This document shows, piece after piece, positions 39,765 to 51,048 of a DNA stretch of 64,000 nucleotides. This stretch comes from Promethearchaeota archaeon (GTDB lineage: Archaea; Asgardarchaeota; Lokiarchaeia; Sigyniarchaeales; SOKP01). Every line of letters begins with the position of its first letter. The first letter of the stretch is position 1. The position numbers and the translations under genes are program-made. Where the stretch lies: assembly GCA_019058445.1 (NCBI GenBank), contig JAHPZA010000009.1:192001-256000 (forward strand). The letters are read 5' to 3'. Under the pieces are notes generated by a model, which saw only the letters and a program-made list of their open reading frames with translations, made no database searches and had not been told where the DNA came from.

Positions 39765-41669
39765 CTATAAATTCTTTATTAACCAAATAGGACTTGACCA
39801 GGCCATATTATTATTAATAAGAAAAACTCGAATATAGTAAAAAATAAAAATTTCGTTTTTTTGAGAGTGTTTAAGAGCTATAGCATTAAAAGAATCATTA
39901 TCAATAAACTCATGCGTAATTGCTTCATTGTGGGTTGTTATAAGATCGATTACAGAATTATTTCTAATTATTTCGATTTTTTTGATAGGAATAGGACTTA
40001 ACAAGAAAAGTGTCAATTTTCTCTCGGAATTCATATGGGGAATATTTGTTAAATCTATGATATCTCCCATAAAATAGTCATTTACATAGAATTGAATGAT
40101 TACTCGGGGGCCTGTTGTCCCATAGCACTTTCGATCATGAAGTGCTTTCCATAAAGATTCTTTCGTGAGATTTTCAGCCCATACTGCCATAATTCCAGGG
40201 GGGTATATCCCATTATCGGGATCAATCGAACCCGAGGGATAAATCCCGAAATGATCATCGCCTCCTGCCACAAAACCTAATTTATATCCTCGTTCAAGAG
40301 CATCTGAAACAAAGGAATCCCTTTTTTCTAAAATAGCGCCTCTCTTTCTGGCATATTTTCCGTTCCCGAAAAACTTATACCTAGGGGGTAAAGGATTACC
40401 TTTTTTGGAGGGATATTCTTGATTCCCCCAAGTTGAGTAGATTTCTACTAATTTCTCAAGAGAATTATCGAAAGATTGCCAGTTACGATAGCCCGGTCTT
40501 AATGCCGTATGGTGAGCAATCATCAAGATTTTTCCATTATATTTTTTTAAATTTTTTATCAATTTTCGGGTCGAATTAAATTTATTCAAATCTGACCTAA
40601 AAACAGGTATGTTATCGTCGAGATTATATATACAAATGTCTCCATGCCCTCCACTATACCAACTTCCATATTCATATCCGAAAAATGAAACAAATTCATG
40701 ATCCTTATGATATTTTTTGACATTTTGTTTTATCTCCTCAAAATCCTCATCAGAGGTTTCCCATACATGATCATGTTCAGTAACTGTCCCAAAATCTAAT
40801 CCTGCGTTCAATATATTGTCATAATATTCATGCAACTCCCTAATGCCATCACTTTTGAGGGAATGACCATGGATATACCCCCAATATAATTTTCTTTCCA
40901 AAAGTTTTTCTTTACAAATAATGGGATTCGATCTAAAAAATTTATTATTGTATAACGCCTCAAGATGAAAGATTCCAGATTTTGAAAGCTTAAGTCCCTC
41001 TATTCTCAAAATTCCTTTATTTTCTTTCTTAAATTCAACTTCTCGTAATAAATTCCTTTTATTAGGACTTACTACCTCATAGATTTGAATATTATTTTCA
41101 AAATTTTTCACAAGATTTTTGAATCTATCTTCAATTCGAATTAGTAATTTAAATTCTTCATTAACAACAATATTAGACGGACAAATTAAAGTAATATGAT
41201 TAAATTCACCGTTAATGACTTCGATTGTAGGAGATTTATTTAGTTGTATGGGTTGTTGCTTTTTGGTAGGAAATTCAACTAAGATATCAATTTTTTTTTT
41301 TTCCTCTACTAAAGATTGAACTAACGTATTGTAAATTTTGAGTCGAAATGGAGTATTTTTCTTTATACCTTTTTCCTCACAAATTAGATATTTAATGTAC
41401 AAGTCTTTACCAGTAATAAGTATCGGTTTTAATTTAGTAGGTTCGTCTATACTTAATACTGTATATCCATTTGAATTGGCATTATAGGGTTGTAAACAAT
41501 ACCAATCATTCTTATTGTTTCTGCCACCTCGAAGTCGAACAATGAGAGATGAATCTTTTGGAAGGGTAAAATTTAACGAAAAATTAATTGAGAGGTTTGA
41601 AAAAGTTCTTACTCTCACTTTGGTAGGCTCAATTTTAAAGAGTTCTAAGGTAAACTGATTTTCAGACAT
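39765..41669 (-). CDS. DUF3604/PHP-like metallohydrolase
   Basis: YWGYIHGHS..SDG, TEHD, GGDDH, AWSSPIW. Confidence 0.8.
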   Translation of the reverse strand: MSENQFTLELFKIEPTKVRVRTFSNLSINFSLNFTLPKDSSLIVRLRGGRNNKNDWYCLQPYNANSNGYTVLSIDEPTKLKPILITGKDLYIKYLICEEKGIKKNTPFRLKIYNTLVQSLVEEKKKIDILVEFPTKKQQPIQLNKSPTIEVINGEFNHITLICPSNIVVNEEFKLLIRIEDRFKNLVKNFENNIQIYEVVSPNKRNLLREVEFKKENKGILRIEGLKLSKSGIFHLEALYNNKFFRSNPIICKEKLLERKLYWGYIHGHSLKSDGIRELHEYYDNILNAGLDFGTVTEHDHVWETSDEDFEEIKQNVKKYHKDHEFVSFFGYEYGSWYSGGHGDICIYNLDDNIPVFRSDLNKFNSTRKLIKNLKKYNGKILMIAHHTALRPGYRNWQSFDNSLEKLVEIYSTWGNQEYPSKKGNPLPPRYKFFGNGKYARKRGAILEKRDSFVSDALERGYKLGFVAGGDDHFGIYPSGSIDPDNGIYPPGIMAVWAENLTKESLWKALHDRKCYGTTGPRVIIQFYVNDYFMGDIIDLTNIPHMNSERKLTLFLLSPIPIKKIEIIRNNSVIDLITTHNEAITHEFIDNDSFNAIALKHSQKNEIFIFYYIRVFLINNNMAWSSPIWLIKNL

Positions 41670-41856
41670 TATTCTTTATTTTAAATGAAATAATTATACA
41701 TTAATTACTTTTGTTAAATCTATATGGCATAAACTTATAAGGATTAGACACGGTATTTTGCATATAACTCTTAAAAATGATCGAATAACAAAAATTGTAC
41801 TATTAAAAATTTATAATACAAAGTAAAATATCATACATAAGAGTAGTTAAGGTTGA

Positions 41857-42252
41857 GTGAAGAAAATTATGATTCAAATGAGTAAAATAGATACTGTGAG
41901 AAAGATTTTAGAAGAATTAGAAGAAAAAGTAATGGATATTATTGGTACTGCTGTTATCAGAACAAATGGTTTGGTTGTAGCATCGGCATTACCAAGTGAA
42001 TCTAATGAAAGAATGATAGCAGCAATGTCAGCTGCTCTGTTAGGTACCTCTAAAAGAAGTGCTGAAAATTTATTCGATGCAAATTTTAGAAGTTTGAATC
42101 TTGAATTAGATAAAGGAAACATGTTTCTTATTGAGGCTGGTCGCGTAATTCTTGTCGCGATTACGAAAAAAGAGCCAAATGTAGGATTGATTACATTAGA
42201 AATGGAAGATACCTCAAAAAAGTTAAAAGAAATATTTAAATTTGAGGATTAA
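41857..42252 (+). CDS. Roadblock/LC7 domain protein
   Basis: AVIRTNGLVVAS...IAAMSAALLG...NVGLI. Confidence 0.9.
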   Translation: MKKIMIQMSKIDTVRKILEELEEKVMDIIGTAVIRTNGLVVASALPSESNERMIAAMSAALLGTSKRSAENLFDANFRSLNLELDKGNMFLIEAGRVILVAITKKEPNVGLITLEMEDTSKKLKEIFKFED

Positions 42253-42255
42253 GTC

Positions 42256-42720
42256 ATGTCGGATAAAAGAATTAATCAATTAAAGTTCATAGTATCAATG
42301 TTTAAAATGTCTATGAATGAATTCAATAATGTAATGGGGCCTGAATCAATTCAGACTATTTTTAGATTAATCGGAGAAAATCAAGGTACAGCAATAGAAA
42401 AAAGATTAAAAGAAAAATATAAGGTTGATAATTGGACTCCAGAAAAATTAAGCGAATTATTAATTAAAGATGTATTTGAACCTGCTATAGGAGAAGATAG
42501 CGCGGAGATAAATGTTACAGGTAATGAACTGACTGTTAAAATAAAAGCCTGCCCATTTCATAAAGCAGGTATAAAAATTGATGATAAATTCTATTGTACA
42601 TATACAGAGGGATTAATTGATACAGTATCTAAATTAGCATTGAAAGATACAGAATTTAAAACTGAACTTTTGCAATCTGAGGGAAAAGATTGTTGTCAAT
42701 TTAAAATAATAATTAACTAA
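42256..42720 (+). CDS. V4R-like/methanogen output domain protein
   Basis: ACPF...FYC.YTEG...GKDCCQF. Confidence 0.75.
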   Translation: MSDKRINQLKFIVSMFKMSMNEFNNVMGPESIQTIFRLIGENQGTAIEKRLKEKYKVDNWTPEKLSELLIKDVFEPAIGEDSAEINVTGNELTVKIKACPFHKAGIKIDDKFYCTYTEGLIDTVSKLALKDTEFKTELLQSEGKDCCQFKIIIN

Positions 42721-42752
42721 ATAAACAGGTATTAGAATTTTTATTCTTAATC

Positions 42753-43523
42753 TTATATCAGGGTTTTAATTTTTTCTGCAATGCGTTCAGCAGAATAATC
42801 CATCATTCCAAGTGTAGTTTTTTTAGTAAATTGAATAATCAATAATAAATTAATGAAATTCTGATAAGATATAACTCTTTCACATACCTTTTGTCCATTT
42901 CCTAATGTATAAAATAGTTCAGGTAAATCAAACACGCCGGTCATATACCTAATTTCTAATTCTCTCATTGCTCTAAGAAATACATCATCTGTTAGTGAAG
43001 AATAGATAATAGACCCTTTACTTGTTAATAATGCACAGCCAATTATTTCTTCTTCAGAGCGTAAGGTTGCAAAGTAATTAATGATCTCATTATATGATTT
43101 ATGTTGTTTCATTTGATTGATTTCTTCTTCCCCATGAATTATGGTGTCAATTTGAGTATTAAAATTAGGATCCTCAATTATTTCACAGCCTTTCTCATAT
43201 TCTCCATCATTTATCATTTTTTGATAATATTGAACAAAGAGAAGAGTGATTTTTTCCAATCTACTATTAATGAATAATAGATTTTCCCCTGAATCAGAGA
43301 GAATTACGAATACAAACTCCTTTTCTTTTTTTAAAACAAATCTTAATTCGCTTAATTCTAGAACCTCTAGATTTTTCGAAATTACCTTTTCAGAAAAAGA
43401 TAATATTGCAGAGATAAAAGGTGTTATTAAATCAGTTTGTAAATCTTTAAATTCATCTGAAAAATCCCGTTTATACACACATACTCCACCAGAATGCAAA
43501 ATAAAAAGAGAATGAATCTTCAT
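42753..43523 (-). CDS. Longin + roadblock/profilin-like domain protein
   Basis: LFILHSGGVCVY...DLITPFISAILSFS; second domain CALLTSKGSIIYSS. Confidence 0.7.
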   Translation of the reverse strand: MKIHSLFILHSGGVCVYKRDFSDEFKDLQTDLITPFISAILSFSEKVISKNLEVLELSELRFVLKKEKEFVFVILSDSGENLLFINSRLEKITLLFVQYYQKMINDGEYEKGCEIIEDPNFNTQIDTIIHGEEEINQMKQHKSYNEIINYFATLRSEEEIIGCALLTSKGSIIYSSLTDDVFLRAMRELEIRYMTGVFDLPELFYTLGNGQKVCERVISYQNFINLLLIIQFTKKTTLGMMDYSAERIAEKIKTLI

Positions 43524-43585
43524 TAGCTAACTATATTAGATGGTATTAATATTAAATTATAAGTAATACTTTAAAATTATTTAGA

Positions 43586-44020
43586 TTGATGATCAGAATG
43601 GGGATTCTTACTAAAGTAAAGGAATTGTTTGAGAAGAAACCTATTGAAACCCTTCGCCAGTTAGAAGAAGAGTTAGCGAAAATTCAAAGTAAAAATAAGT
43701 ATGAAATAATTGCTTTAATCGGGACTGGGGGAAGGCTTAAGGGATTACCCCTTGTTTATGCCGCTGAAGATGAAAATTCTTTAAAAATTCTTTCAGCAAG
43801 ACTGAGTGAACTATTAAAAATAATACAGAATCTTTCAGAGGAAGATATTCTCAGAGACATAGTGATTAATTATGATGATACAATATTATTTTTCAAACCC
43901 ATAATGGCTAATATTAGTTTTTTCGCTGTTGTAAGGGAGAATGATGATATTTTAATTTTAAAGCAATTTATTTATAAACATGAAGATATATTAAAAGAAT
44001 TATTTCATGATAAAATATAG
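43586..44020 (+). CDS. Roadblock/longin-like protein
   Basis: IIALIG...GLPLV...LSARL pattern; genomic context. Confidence 0.55.
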   Translation: MMIRMGILTKVKELFEKKPIETLRQLEEELAKIQSKNKYEIIALIGTGGRLKGLPLVYAAEDENSLKILSARLSELLKIIQNLSEEDILRDIVINYDDTILFFKPIMANISFFAVVRENDDILILKQFIYKHEDILKELFHDKI

Positions 44021-44050
44021 ATAAAAAAAGAGCAATTTTTTGCATTATCC

Positions 44051-44962
44051 TTAATCACTTGAATCTTCATAACTCGAGTTCAGGTCTTTATTTTTCAAAA
44101 CTGTTATTATAATAGCAATAAAGATTAGACCACATCCAATCCAAGCTTGTAATGATAAAACTTCATTCCCGAGTAAATAGCTAGCAAAAATTACAGCAAA
44201 AACAGGTTCGAGTGTGAAAATAATGGCGGTTTGGGAAGGACCTTGATATTGCTGACCCCAGTTCTGAAATAAGAATGTGAGAGTAGTAACGATGAGTCCC
44301 ATGTAAACCATAATTAACCAAAAACTTATATTTGCACTCATTAATTCATATGACTCATTAATTAATAGAGAGCTGCCAAAACAGAGCAAGGCAAGCGTTG
44401 CTAATTGAATCATAGAATAAAGGTATACATCAACCATCCGCACATATTTGTCATTAAAAACTATAAAAATAGCACAAAAGACTGCACATATCAAAACCAA
44501 TATATCCCCAATGATAACTTGCGCGTTTCCTTCCAATAATAGAAAGCCCATTCCGACAACAGATAACGCAACCGCAATCCAAATTCGCACATTAACCTCC
44601 TTTTTTTTAAATATAATCCAAGCCAGAAATGGAACCATTACACAGTTGAGACCTGTAATAAATCCCGCTTTTCCAGCAGAAGTTGTTTGAAGACCAATGG
44701 TTTGGAATGTAATAGCAAAATAATAAATTATTCCGCTGATGATTCCCATCCATATAATTTTTTTATTGATATTCCTTATATGGATAAAAAATGGAGCAAA
44801 TCCGATAAGTGCTATCAAATATCTTAAGCCGAGATATAAAAAAATTGGGACTTCTTTAGTAACTGTTTTAGTAATAATAAATGTAGAACCCCATAGGACT
44901 GATGTTATTATTAGCACTATAATTGCGATGGTTTTTTTTTCTGAGAGGGAAATAGTGACCAT
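44051..44962 (-). CDS. DMT/EamA family transporter
   Basis: LWGSTF, TSAGKAGFI, IFTLEPVFA; about 10 TM. Confidence 0.9.
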   Translation of the reverse strand: MVTISLSEKKTIAIIVLIITSVLWGSTFIITKTVTKEVPIFLYLGLRYLIALIGFAPFFIHIRNINKKIIWMGIISGIIYYFAITFQTIGLQTTSAGKAGFITGLNCVMVPFLAWIIFKKKEVNVRIWIAVALSVVGMGFLLLEGNAQVIIGDILVLICAVFCAIFIVFNDKYVRMVDVYLYSMIQLATLALLCFGSSLLINESYELMSANISFWLIMVYMGLIVTTLTFLFQNWGQQYQGPSQTAIIFTLEPVFAVIFASYLLGNEVLSLQAWIGCGLIFIAIIITVLKNKDLNSSYEDSSD

Positions 44963-45042
44963 AGTTAGTCTAAAGATATATTATGATATTTAGGAAAATT
45001 TTTCATGATTTACTAATCTTCTGATTTCAACAAAAAATGGGA

Positions 45043-48000
45043 CTAATTTTTATTAAAAAGCAAAAAATATTGCTCCTTAATAGTTTCTAAATTTTTAAGC
45101 GCTTCAAGGGTAAAGATCATCATATATTTAGAATGAAGTTTATCGTGATTCGGACAGATATTATGTGCTAGTTCATGGGCAGCAATCATTAACCAAATTA
45201 AAAATAAGGGATACTTGTTTTCAAGCTCTTCATCAATCATTAACAAATAGTTAAACAGTATTTGTCCCTTATAATTAAAAGCTTCAATAGGGGCATTGAA
45301 TAGTGCAACTGAAACTGTCTCTTGATTTCCCCCCATCATAGAGATTATGAATTGTAGCATTTTTTCAAATTTTTGAAGTAAATTAACATCAAAATTAACT
45401 TCAAGATCATCTTGGATATAGTAATGAAATCCATTTACTTTTTCAATTTTTAATTTCGGAATTGGTGGGGTAATATCAACTCCACCGAATTCAGCACGAC
45501 CCGGGAATTCCATTGATTTGTACATAGTTTTTCTTTGCTTTTTTAAAATCCTTTTGGTATTATTGTTGATTTTGTAATAATTGGAAATTCTTCCCTGATT
45601 AAAATTAAAATTATTATCAATTTGTTGTTTAATAAAATCAGTCATTTTATTATGAGGAGGTGGTGATTTAAGGATAATATTAATCTGATCCTCCTGATTA
45701 ACCGATATATTTTTATTCATATTTAGTATTCTTTTTTGAATATTAGTTCCAGTAGCTTCTTTGATTATATTAAACCGTTTGGGCGTCCATGATTTCGGTT
45801 TTATATCTTTCTTTTTAGAAATTCTGGGTAAGTTTTGATAAAATCGTGAATTTTTAATTAAATCCTGATTTTTTTCCTCTACCAAATTTAATTTGACATT
45901 GGGGTTATTAAATTTCTTAGCTTCTAACTTAAATGTAGAATATCCAAGTTCTTTCAAGGTTTGAATCTTATTTTCTGAAAATAACAATTTTTCTATTATA
46001 GGACTGAACATTTTAGCTTTAGGGACACTTCCAATGAATACACTATATGCGATTGCTTTTGAAAAATCCATTAAAAATTTGGTGGGATTTCTTTTATTGA
46101 TATGTTGGATTATCCCAATTATATTTTTCTTTGAATCATATTCTACTGTATTGCCTTGAATCTTACTCTTTTTATTTTCATACTGAAGTTCATAGAATAT
46201 ATGTTCACATATTAAACATTTTATTTTTCTAATTCGGCTTTTCCAATTTTTATCTAGTGAAGAAATATTACTTTCTTTTACAATGATTTCTATATAGGGT
46301 ATAAGTTCAACAATCTTCATTGATAAATCTTTGGAGAATTGAGCTCCTTTTATTTCTCCAGTAAACATAATATTTTTGAGAATGACATCCGAAACCTTTT
46401 TCACACCGACACTCTCTAAAAAATCTATAATTTTATCATTAATAATGGCTACTTTAATTGAAGGGAATCTTTCTATATAGGATTTTTCATCAGGAATAAA
46501 AATTTTATCGGGATATTCGAATGATTTTAAATCATCACTTAGTACTATCTTGGATTTCCTTAAGCTTAGTCTCATACTTTCGCTTAGAAATCTATAACGC
46601 TGTCCTAGTATGTTATACAACATAAAAAGCCTCTGAGATTCTACTTTCCCATGATTTGTATATTCGATTAAAAATTCTGCCACATCATCGCTGTTAATAG
46701 ATGTTTTAACGCCTATTCTTTTAAAGAAATTTAGACTATTAGGGTAATCCGAATATCTAATCAAATTCTTTTTATCTCCATAAATAACTTCCGCCTCTCT
46801 TGAATAGATAATGAGTTTTGATGCCTTTTCGAAAGTTTGATATTTAGGGAGATATATAATTGGATTATTCATCAATTTCTTTATAGTATTAACATTTAAT
46901 CTGTTAAAATTATCGGTTTGTCCAAGAAATGCATAAATTTTATCAAATCTCTTTTTAAGGCTCGGAATATCTGAGTTATTATCAAAGATCTGTTTATCTT
47001 TTATTAGGTTATTAAATAAATGATAAGCAACATCCTCAGGGATAGCGTTTTCATTTATTCCTAATTTTTTAAATAATTTTTCAGGAATGTTAATTAATGG
47101 ATAAGGAACAGATTCTCCTAATAAATTCATTATTTTTTCTTGTTTGATGTAGATTTCAGTAGATTTTTTAAGGCCTTTAGTGCTAGGAATGAAAGCTAAT
47201 TCTTTTAACTCGAGAAAAAATCCACGTTTTTCATCTTTTTGATCGTTTTTAGCAATAGCATTTAAGAGTAATTCTATTCTTTCTTTAAGTTCATGCGCAA
47301 TCTTTCCGTTTTGTTTTTCCTGTGATTTATAAATATTAATTGCTTGCTCTATTGCTAATCTCAAGTGTTTTATTTTTGGATACTTTGAAATTCCAATTTT
47401 CTTAAAAAACTTTAACCACTCTTTATTAGTATCCTCTTTTGGATCAAAATAATTTACAAGATCGCCCAATATTTTTTTATTTTGGTCATTTAAGAAATAA
47501 CAATCATTTGGTCTGACAAATTTACCATCAGTAGTGGGAATTAATTCAATTTTTTCTAAATATTTAAGATCGCTGTTTTTAAGACTACGCACATTTTTTG
47601 ATAAAAATTTCAAGACCTCTAAAGATATTATCGCAGATCCATGTTTTCTTATCTGAGCTATAACATATTTTGCAGTTAATTCTTTAGAAACTCCTAAATT
47701 TTCGAAGTACATTTTGCATTTTCTAGATGCCTCAAGTTTCTTAGGAATTAAAGCTATATTATTCCCAAAGACATTTTTTGTGGCCGCACGATTGAAAAAG
47801 GCCTCATCAGGATTCTTAAAACCATCATTAGTAATAATTATTTTACGTTTTTTATCTAAAAGCCCGAACTTATGAAAATATATGTAGTATTTTTTCAATA
47901 ACTCTAAATTTTTTGTGGAAAATGAGGATTTCTTTGAAATGAAATAATCTAAAACTTGTTTAGGTCTGAGTTTTGGGACCCCCAGATTTATAATAAAATC

Positions 48001-49605
48001 CTTTAATGGTTTGTTCTCTATGAAGTCAGAATTAAGTTCCTTCTGTGACGAATAGAGACCTATAGCTTCCTCATGTGGGATGATTAAATGCCTTGGTACG
48101 AGGAGTTTCCCCCCTCTATTTGGGAGGGTTTTCCTATTTAAGAGAAGGGTTTTCATTTGCTTGGTTATTTTGTTACGGTGAATGGAAAGATATGACCACG
48201 CGTTAAAAAGATCTTGCGTCTTTCTAATATTTCCAAGTGCAATGTTTTCAACTAAGTCGCTAATTGTAAGTTCTCTTACACCTGCGGTTTTAAGAAGTTT
48301 AATTATATCTTCATTTGAGCCGGGATCTATAAATTTAAACTGATTTTTGAAGAAGGTCCATAATCCAGGATCGGCAATTGCCATTTTTGATGCCTTATTC
48401 CAGTTACCATTTTGATCTAATACATTCGTTTCAAGATATTTTACAATTTGTCTGAAAATATATTCCTTAGTATAAGATTCCAATGAAGAATACGTTTCTC
48501 TATAGTAAATTGTTTCCAGAATTGCATTAAAGAATTCAATCTTTCTTGCATCAGGAAAAGAAGATAAATATTTTTTAAAATAAGTGAGGGTAACTTCAAG
48601 TAATTCGGAAGCTTTACTTAGCAAAAACTTATTAAAATCTCCATCTATACCCTCTGTGGAAAATCCTTTTCTTGAAGTTTCTGGACTAAAATTACTAGAG
48701 AGCACAAAACCCAATCCAAATTGTGTATCAGATGGAAAAATGATATAAATTGGATAGTCGACTCTTTTTGGCAGGTTATTCTCAATTGCAAATGCGAGAT
48801 AAATGGGAATTTTAATATCTTCGGATTCTAAGATTAATACTTTTTGATTTAAATACTTTTTAGGAATATCTATGTCGCGTTTAACCACAATCCATCTATT
48901 CTCTTCTGAACGTAATTTTTTTCCTTTTGAAAATGTCTTAGTGATTAGAACGTTCATTATATTTGCTTGAATTTTATTACTTTTGAACAATACCTGATCC
49001 TCTATTGATTTTTTTAATTCAAGCATTTTATCAGAGTAAGTTAAATTTATAGTTTTTAATTTTCGCGTAAACAATAGATGGGAATATTGTGTGAGATAAT
49101 CTTCAATTTTATCCAATTTTTTTAAGTCATCTGAAGAGAGCCGTGAATGGAATGGCAGAATTAATCTTGTACCCTTAAAAAATGAATTGTAGTTTTCATT
49201 GATATATGGAACGAAATCTTCTGAATCATGATCCATTTTAAATTTTAGCAAAACCTTTCCCGAATGATACATAGGCGTGTCTGAAACCGATAGAACTGAG
49301 AGTGCTCCTAAGTTCATAGCTCCTGTTTTATCAAAATCTTTTCCTCCTAAACATGGTGTTAGAAGTCTTTCAATATCGTTAGAATCGAATGGTTTCCCAT
49401 CGTTAATAACCTCTATTTCTTTTGGCAAACTTATTCTAAATTTAATAGAATCGGCATCTGCATCATCAGCATTCTGGATTAATTCTCGTACAAACGTACG
49501 CACATCACTGTATAGATTATGAAATCGATGAGTTGTTTGATAAGCAGGATATATGATTTGTTTTCTTTTTAAATTACAATTTTCAAATTCTTTATTTATT
49601 TCCAT
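45043..49605 (-). CDS. Sacsin-like HATPase protein with DUF3684-like repeats and C-terminal zincin motif
   Basis: VRELIQNADDA, NDGKPF, TGAMNLG; repeated LIPTxDG..VxPxxCY units; HELAH. Confidence 0.75.
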   Translation of the reverse strand: MEINKEFENCNLKRKQIIYPAYQTTHRFHNLYSDVRTFVRELIQNADDADADSIKFRISLPKEIEVINDGKPFDSNDIERLLTPCLGGKDFDKTGAMNLGALSVLSVSDTPMYHSGKVLLKFKMDHDSEDFVPYINENYNSFFKGTRLILPFHSRLSSDDLKKLDKIEDYLTQYSHLLFTRKLKTINLTYSDKMLELKKSIEDQVLFKSNKIQANIMNVLITKTFSKGKKLRSEENRWIVVKRDIDIPKKYLNQKVLILESEDIKIPIYLAFAIENNLPKRVDYPIYIIFPSDTQFGLGFVLSSNFSPETSRKGFSTEGIDGDFNKFLLSKASELLEVTLTYFKKYLSSFPDARKIEFFNAILETIYYRETYSSLESYTKEYIFRQIVKYLETNVLDQNGNWNKASKMAIADPGLWTFFKNQFKFIDPGSNEDIIKLLKTAGVRELTISDLVENIALGNIRKTQDLFNAWSYLSIHRNKITKQMKTLLLNRKTLPNRGGKLLVPRHLIIPHEEAIGLYSSQKELNSDFIENKPLKDFIINLGVPKLRPKQVLDYFISKKSSFSTKNLELLKKYYIYFHKFGLLDKKRKIIITNDGFKNPDEAFFNRAATKNVFGNNIALIPKKLEASRKCKMYFENLGVSKELTAKYVIAQIRKHGSAIISLEVLKFLSKNVRSLKNSDLKYLEKIELIPTTDGKFVRPNDCYFLNDQNKKILGDLVNYFDPKEDTNKEWLKFFKKIGISKYPKIKHLRLAIEQAINIYKSQEKQNGKIAHELKERIELLLNAIAKNDQKDEKRGFFLELKELAFIPSTKGLKKSTEIYIKQEKIMNLLGESVPYPLINIPEKLFKKLGINENAIPEDVAYHLFNNLIKDKQIFDNNSDIPSLKKRFDKIYAFLGQTDNFNRLNVNTIKKLMNNPIIYLPKYQTFEKASKLIIYSREAEVIYGDKKNLIRYSDYPNSLNFFKRIGVKTSINSDDVAEFLIEYTNHGKVESQRLFMLYNILGQRYRFLSESMRLSLRKSKIVLSDDLKSFEYPDKIFIPDEKSYIERFPSIKVAIINDKIIDFLESVGVKKVSDVILKNIMFTGEIKGAQFSKDLSMKIVELIPYIEIIVKESNISSLDKNWKSRIRKIKCLICEHIFYELQYENKKSKIQGNTVEYDSKKNIIGIIQHINKRNPTKFLMDFSKAIAYSVFIGSVPKAKMFSPIIEKLLFSENKIQTLKELGYSTFKLEAKKFNNPNVKLNLVEEKNQDLIKNSRFYQNLPRISKKKDIKPKSWTPKRFNIIKEATGTNIQKRILNMNKNISVNQEDQINIILKSPPPHNKMTDFIKQQIDNNFNFNQGRISNYYKINNNTKRILKKQRKTMYKSMEFPGRAEFGGVDITPPIPKLKIEKVNGFHYYIQDDLEVNFDVNLLQKFEKMLQFIISMMGGNQETVSVALFNAPIEAFNYKGQILFNYLLMIDEELENKYPLFLIWLMIAAHELAHNICPNHDKLHSKYMMIFTLEALKNLETIKEQYFLLFNKN

Positions 49606-49860
49606 TCAATAACCCCAAAAAATAGTTATATTCAATGAGCTTATAAAAAAGATGATGTTTATTGATTTTAAATTTAACTATAAGGAATAATAAGAATCGA
49701 AATGAGTGATTTTAGTATTAAATGTAAGAGATTTGAGCTTATAAGAAAGAGCATAAATCCTAGACAAATAATTTAACAAGATTTACATAAATTTTTTTAT
49801 ATATCTAAGAATAAATAAATATTAACAACAAATTAAAGAGATTCATTAAAGTCGATTGTT

Positions 49861-50298
49861 ATGCCTGAAATAGAAACAAAAATAGAAATAAATGCCCCTC
49901 CAGATCTTATCTTTAAAATCTTAGATGATTTTAAAAATGCTCAAGTTTGGAACATAGTAATTAGCCATACAGAGGAATTAGAACCGAATAAAAAATATTT
50001 CTTTAAAACAAATGTAGGAGATATGACAACCACGAGAACTGAAACTATTGAAAATAAAAAAGTTGCAATGCTCCAAGAAGGGAGCCCTATACAAGAAATG
50101 GCATATCTTATAGAACCCAAAGGGGAAGTTACAGAAGTTGCTATATGGGGTGTATTTGAATTAGAAGAGCAGCGGAGTATTATGAAGATGGCAGGCGAAT
50201 TGCTACTTAAAAGTTTAAAAGTATATGTTAACCATATCGTAGCTGGTGGGAAACCTGAAGACTATGAAAAATCTTTTGATGAAATAAAAAATGCCTAA
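49861..50298 (+). CDS. SRPBCC family protein
   Basis: IEINAPPDLIFKILDDF...W. Confidence 0.8.
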   Translation: MPEIETKIEINAPPDLIFKILDDFKNAQVWNIVISHTEELEPNKKYFFKTNVGDMTTTRTETIENKKVAMLQEGSPIQEMAYLIEPKGEVTEVAIWGVFELEEQRSIMKMAGELLLKSLKVYVNHIVAGGKPEDYEKSFDEIKNA

Positions 50299-50348
50299 TT
50301 CTTTTTTTGAAATTAATTTTTTTTTTTAATTTTGTTATGTAATTATTG

Positions 50349-50909
50349 CTATACTAGTTTTAATAAGTCTGCATCAGTACTAATTCCAATATATTTTCCA
50401 TGTTCTTTTACAAGAACAGCAGGATAATTGGTTAGTAAATTAGAGATATCCCTTATATCCCAATCCTTTTCTATTTCGGGAAATGGTAATTCTTTAATGA
50501 GTTCAACTTCAGCGTTAATTAGATTAGGATTATCAGTAATGAGCTTTTGAATTTTCTTAGAAGTAATACTTCCAAGATTTTGTCCATTCTCAATAATAGG
50601 AAGCTGAGATATTTTATATTTATTCATTAATTCAACGGCGTTTTTAATAGTGGATTTAGGTGTTATAGAGATAATATTTTTACTCATAATTGTTTCTGCT
50701 CTCCGTTCTGATTTTTTAATTCTCAATTTTTCATTCTCTAAGTAATCAAAAATCTTTTTTACTGTTAAATAAGATGGATTTCCAATACCATTTTCAATTC
50801 GAGAAATAGTAGCTTGAGAAATGCCTAAATCTTTTTCAATCTTTTTTTGATTAATATTAAGTTTCCTTCTAATTATCTTAATCTCTTTCAAATCTGGAAT
50901 TAGTGGCAT
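50349..50909 (-). CDS. XRE HTH + CBS transcriptional regulator
   Basis: GISQATISRIENG..NPSY; two CBS domains (ISQLPI). Confidence 0.88.
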   Translation of the reverse strand: MPLIPDLKEIKIIRRKLNINQKKIEKDLGISQATISRIENGIGNPSYLTVKKIFDYLENEKLRIKKSERRAETIMSKNIISITPKSTIKNAVELMNKYKISQLPIIENGQNLGSITSKKIQKLITDNPNLINAEVELIKELPFPEIEKDWDIRDISNLLTNYPAVLVKEHGKYIGISTDADLLKLV

Positions 50910-51048
50910 TTTTATAATATTTATGAATATTTTATGTTATATATGGATATTTCTTTTCTTAATTATTTATAAATAAAATATTGTTTTTATTATTAACTTT
51001 TATTGATATTTTTAAAATAGAAACAATATTTTATTACATGGTGATAGC

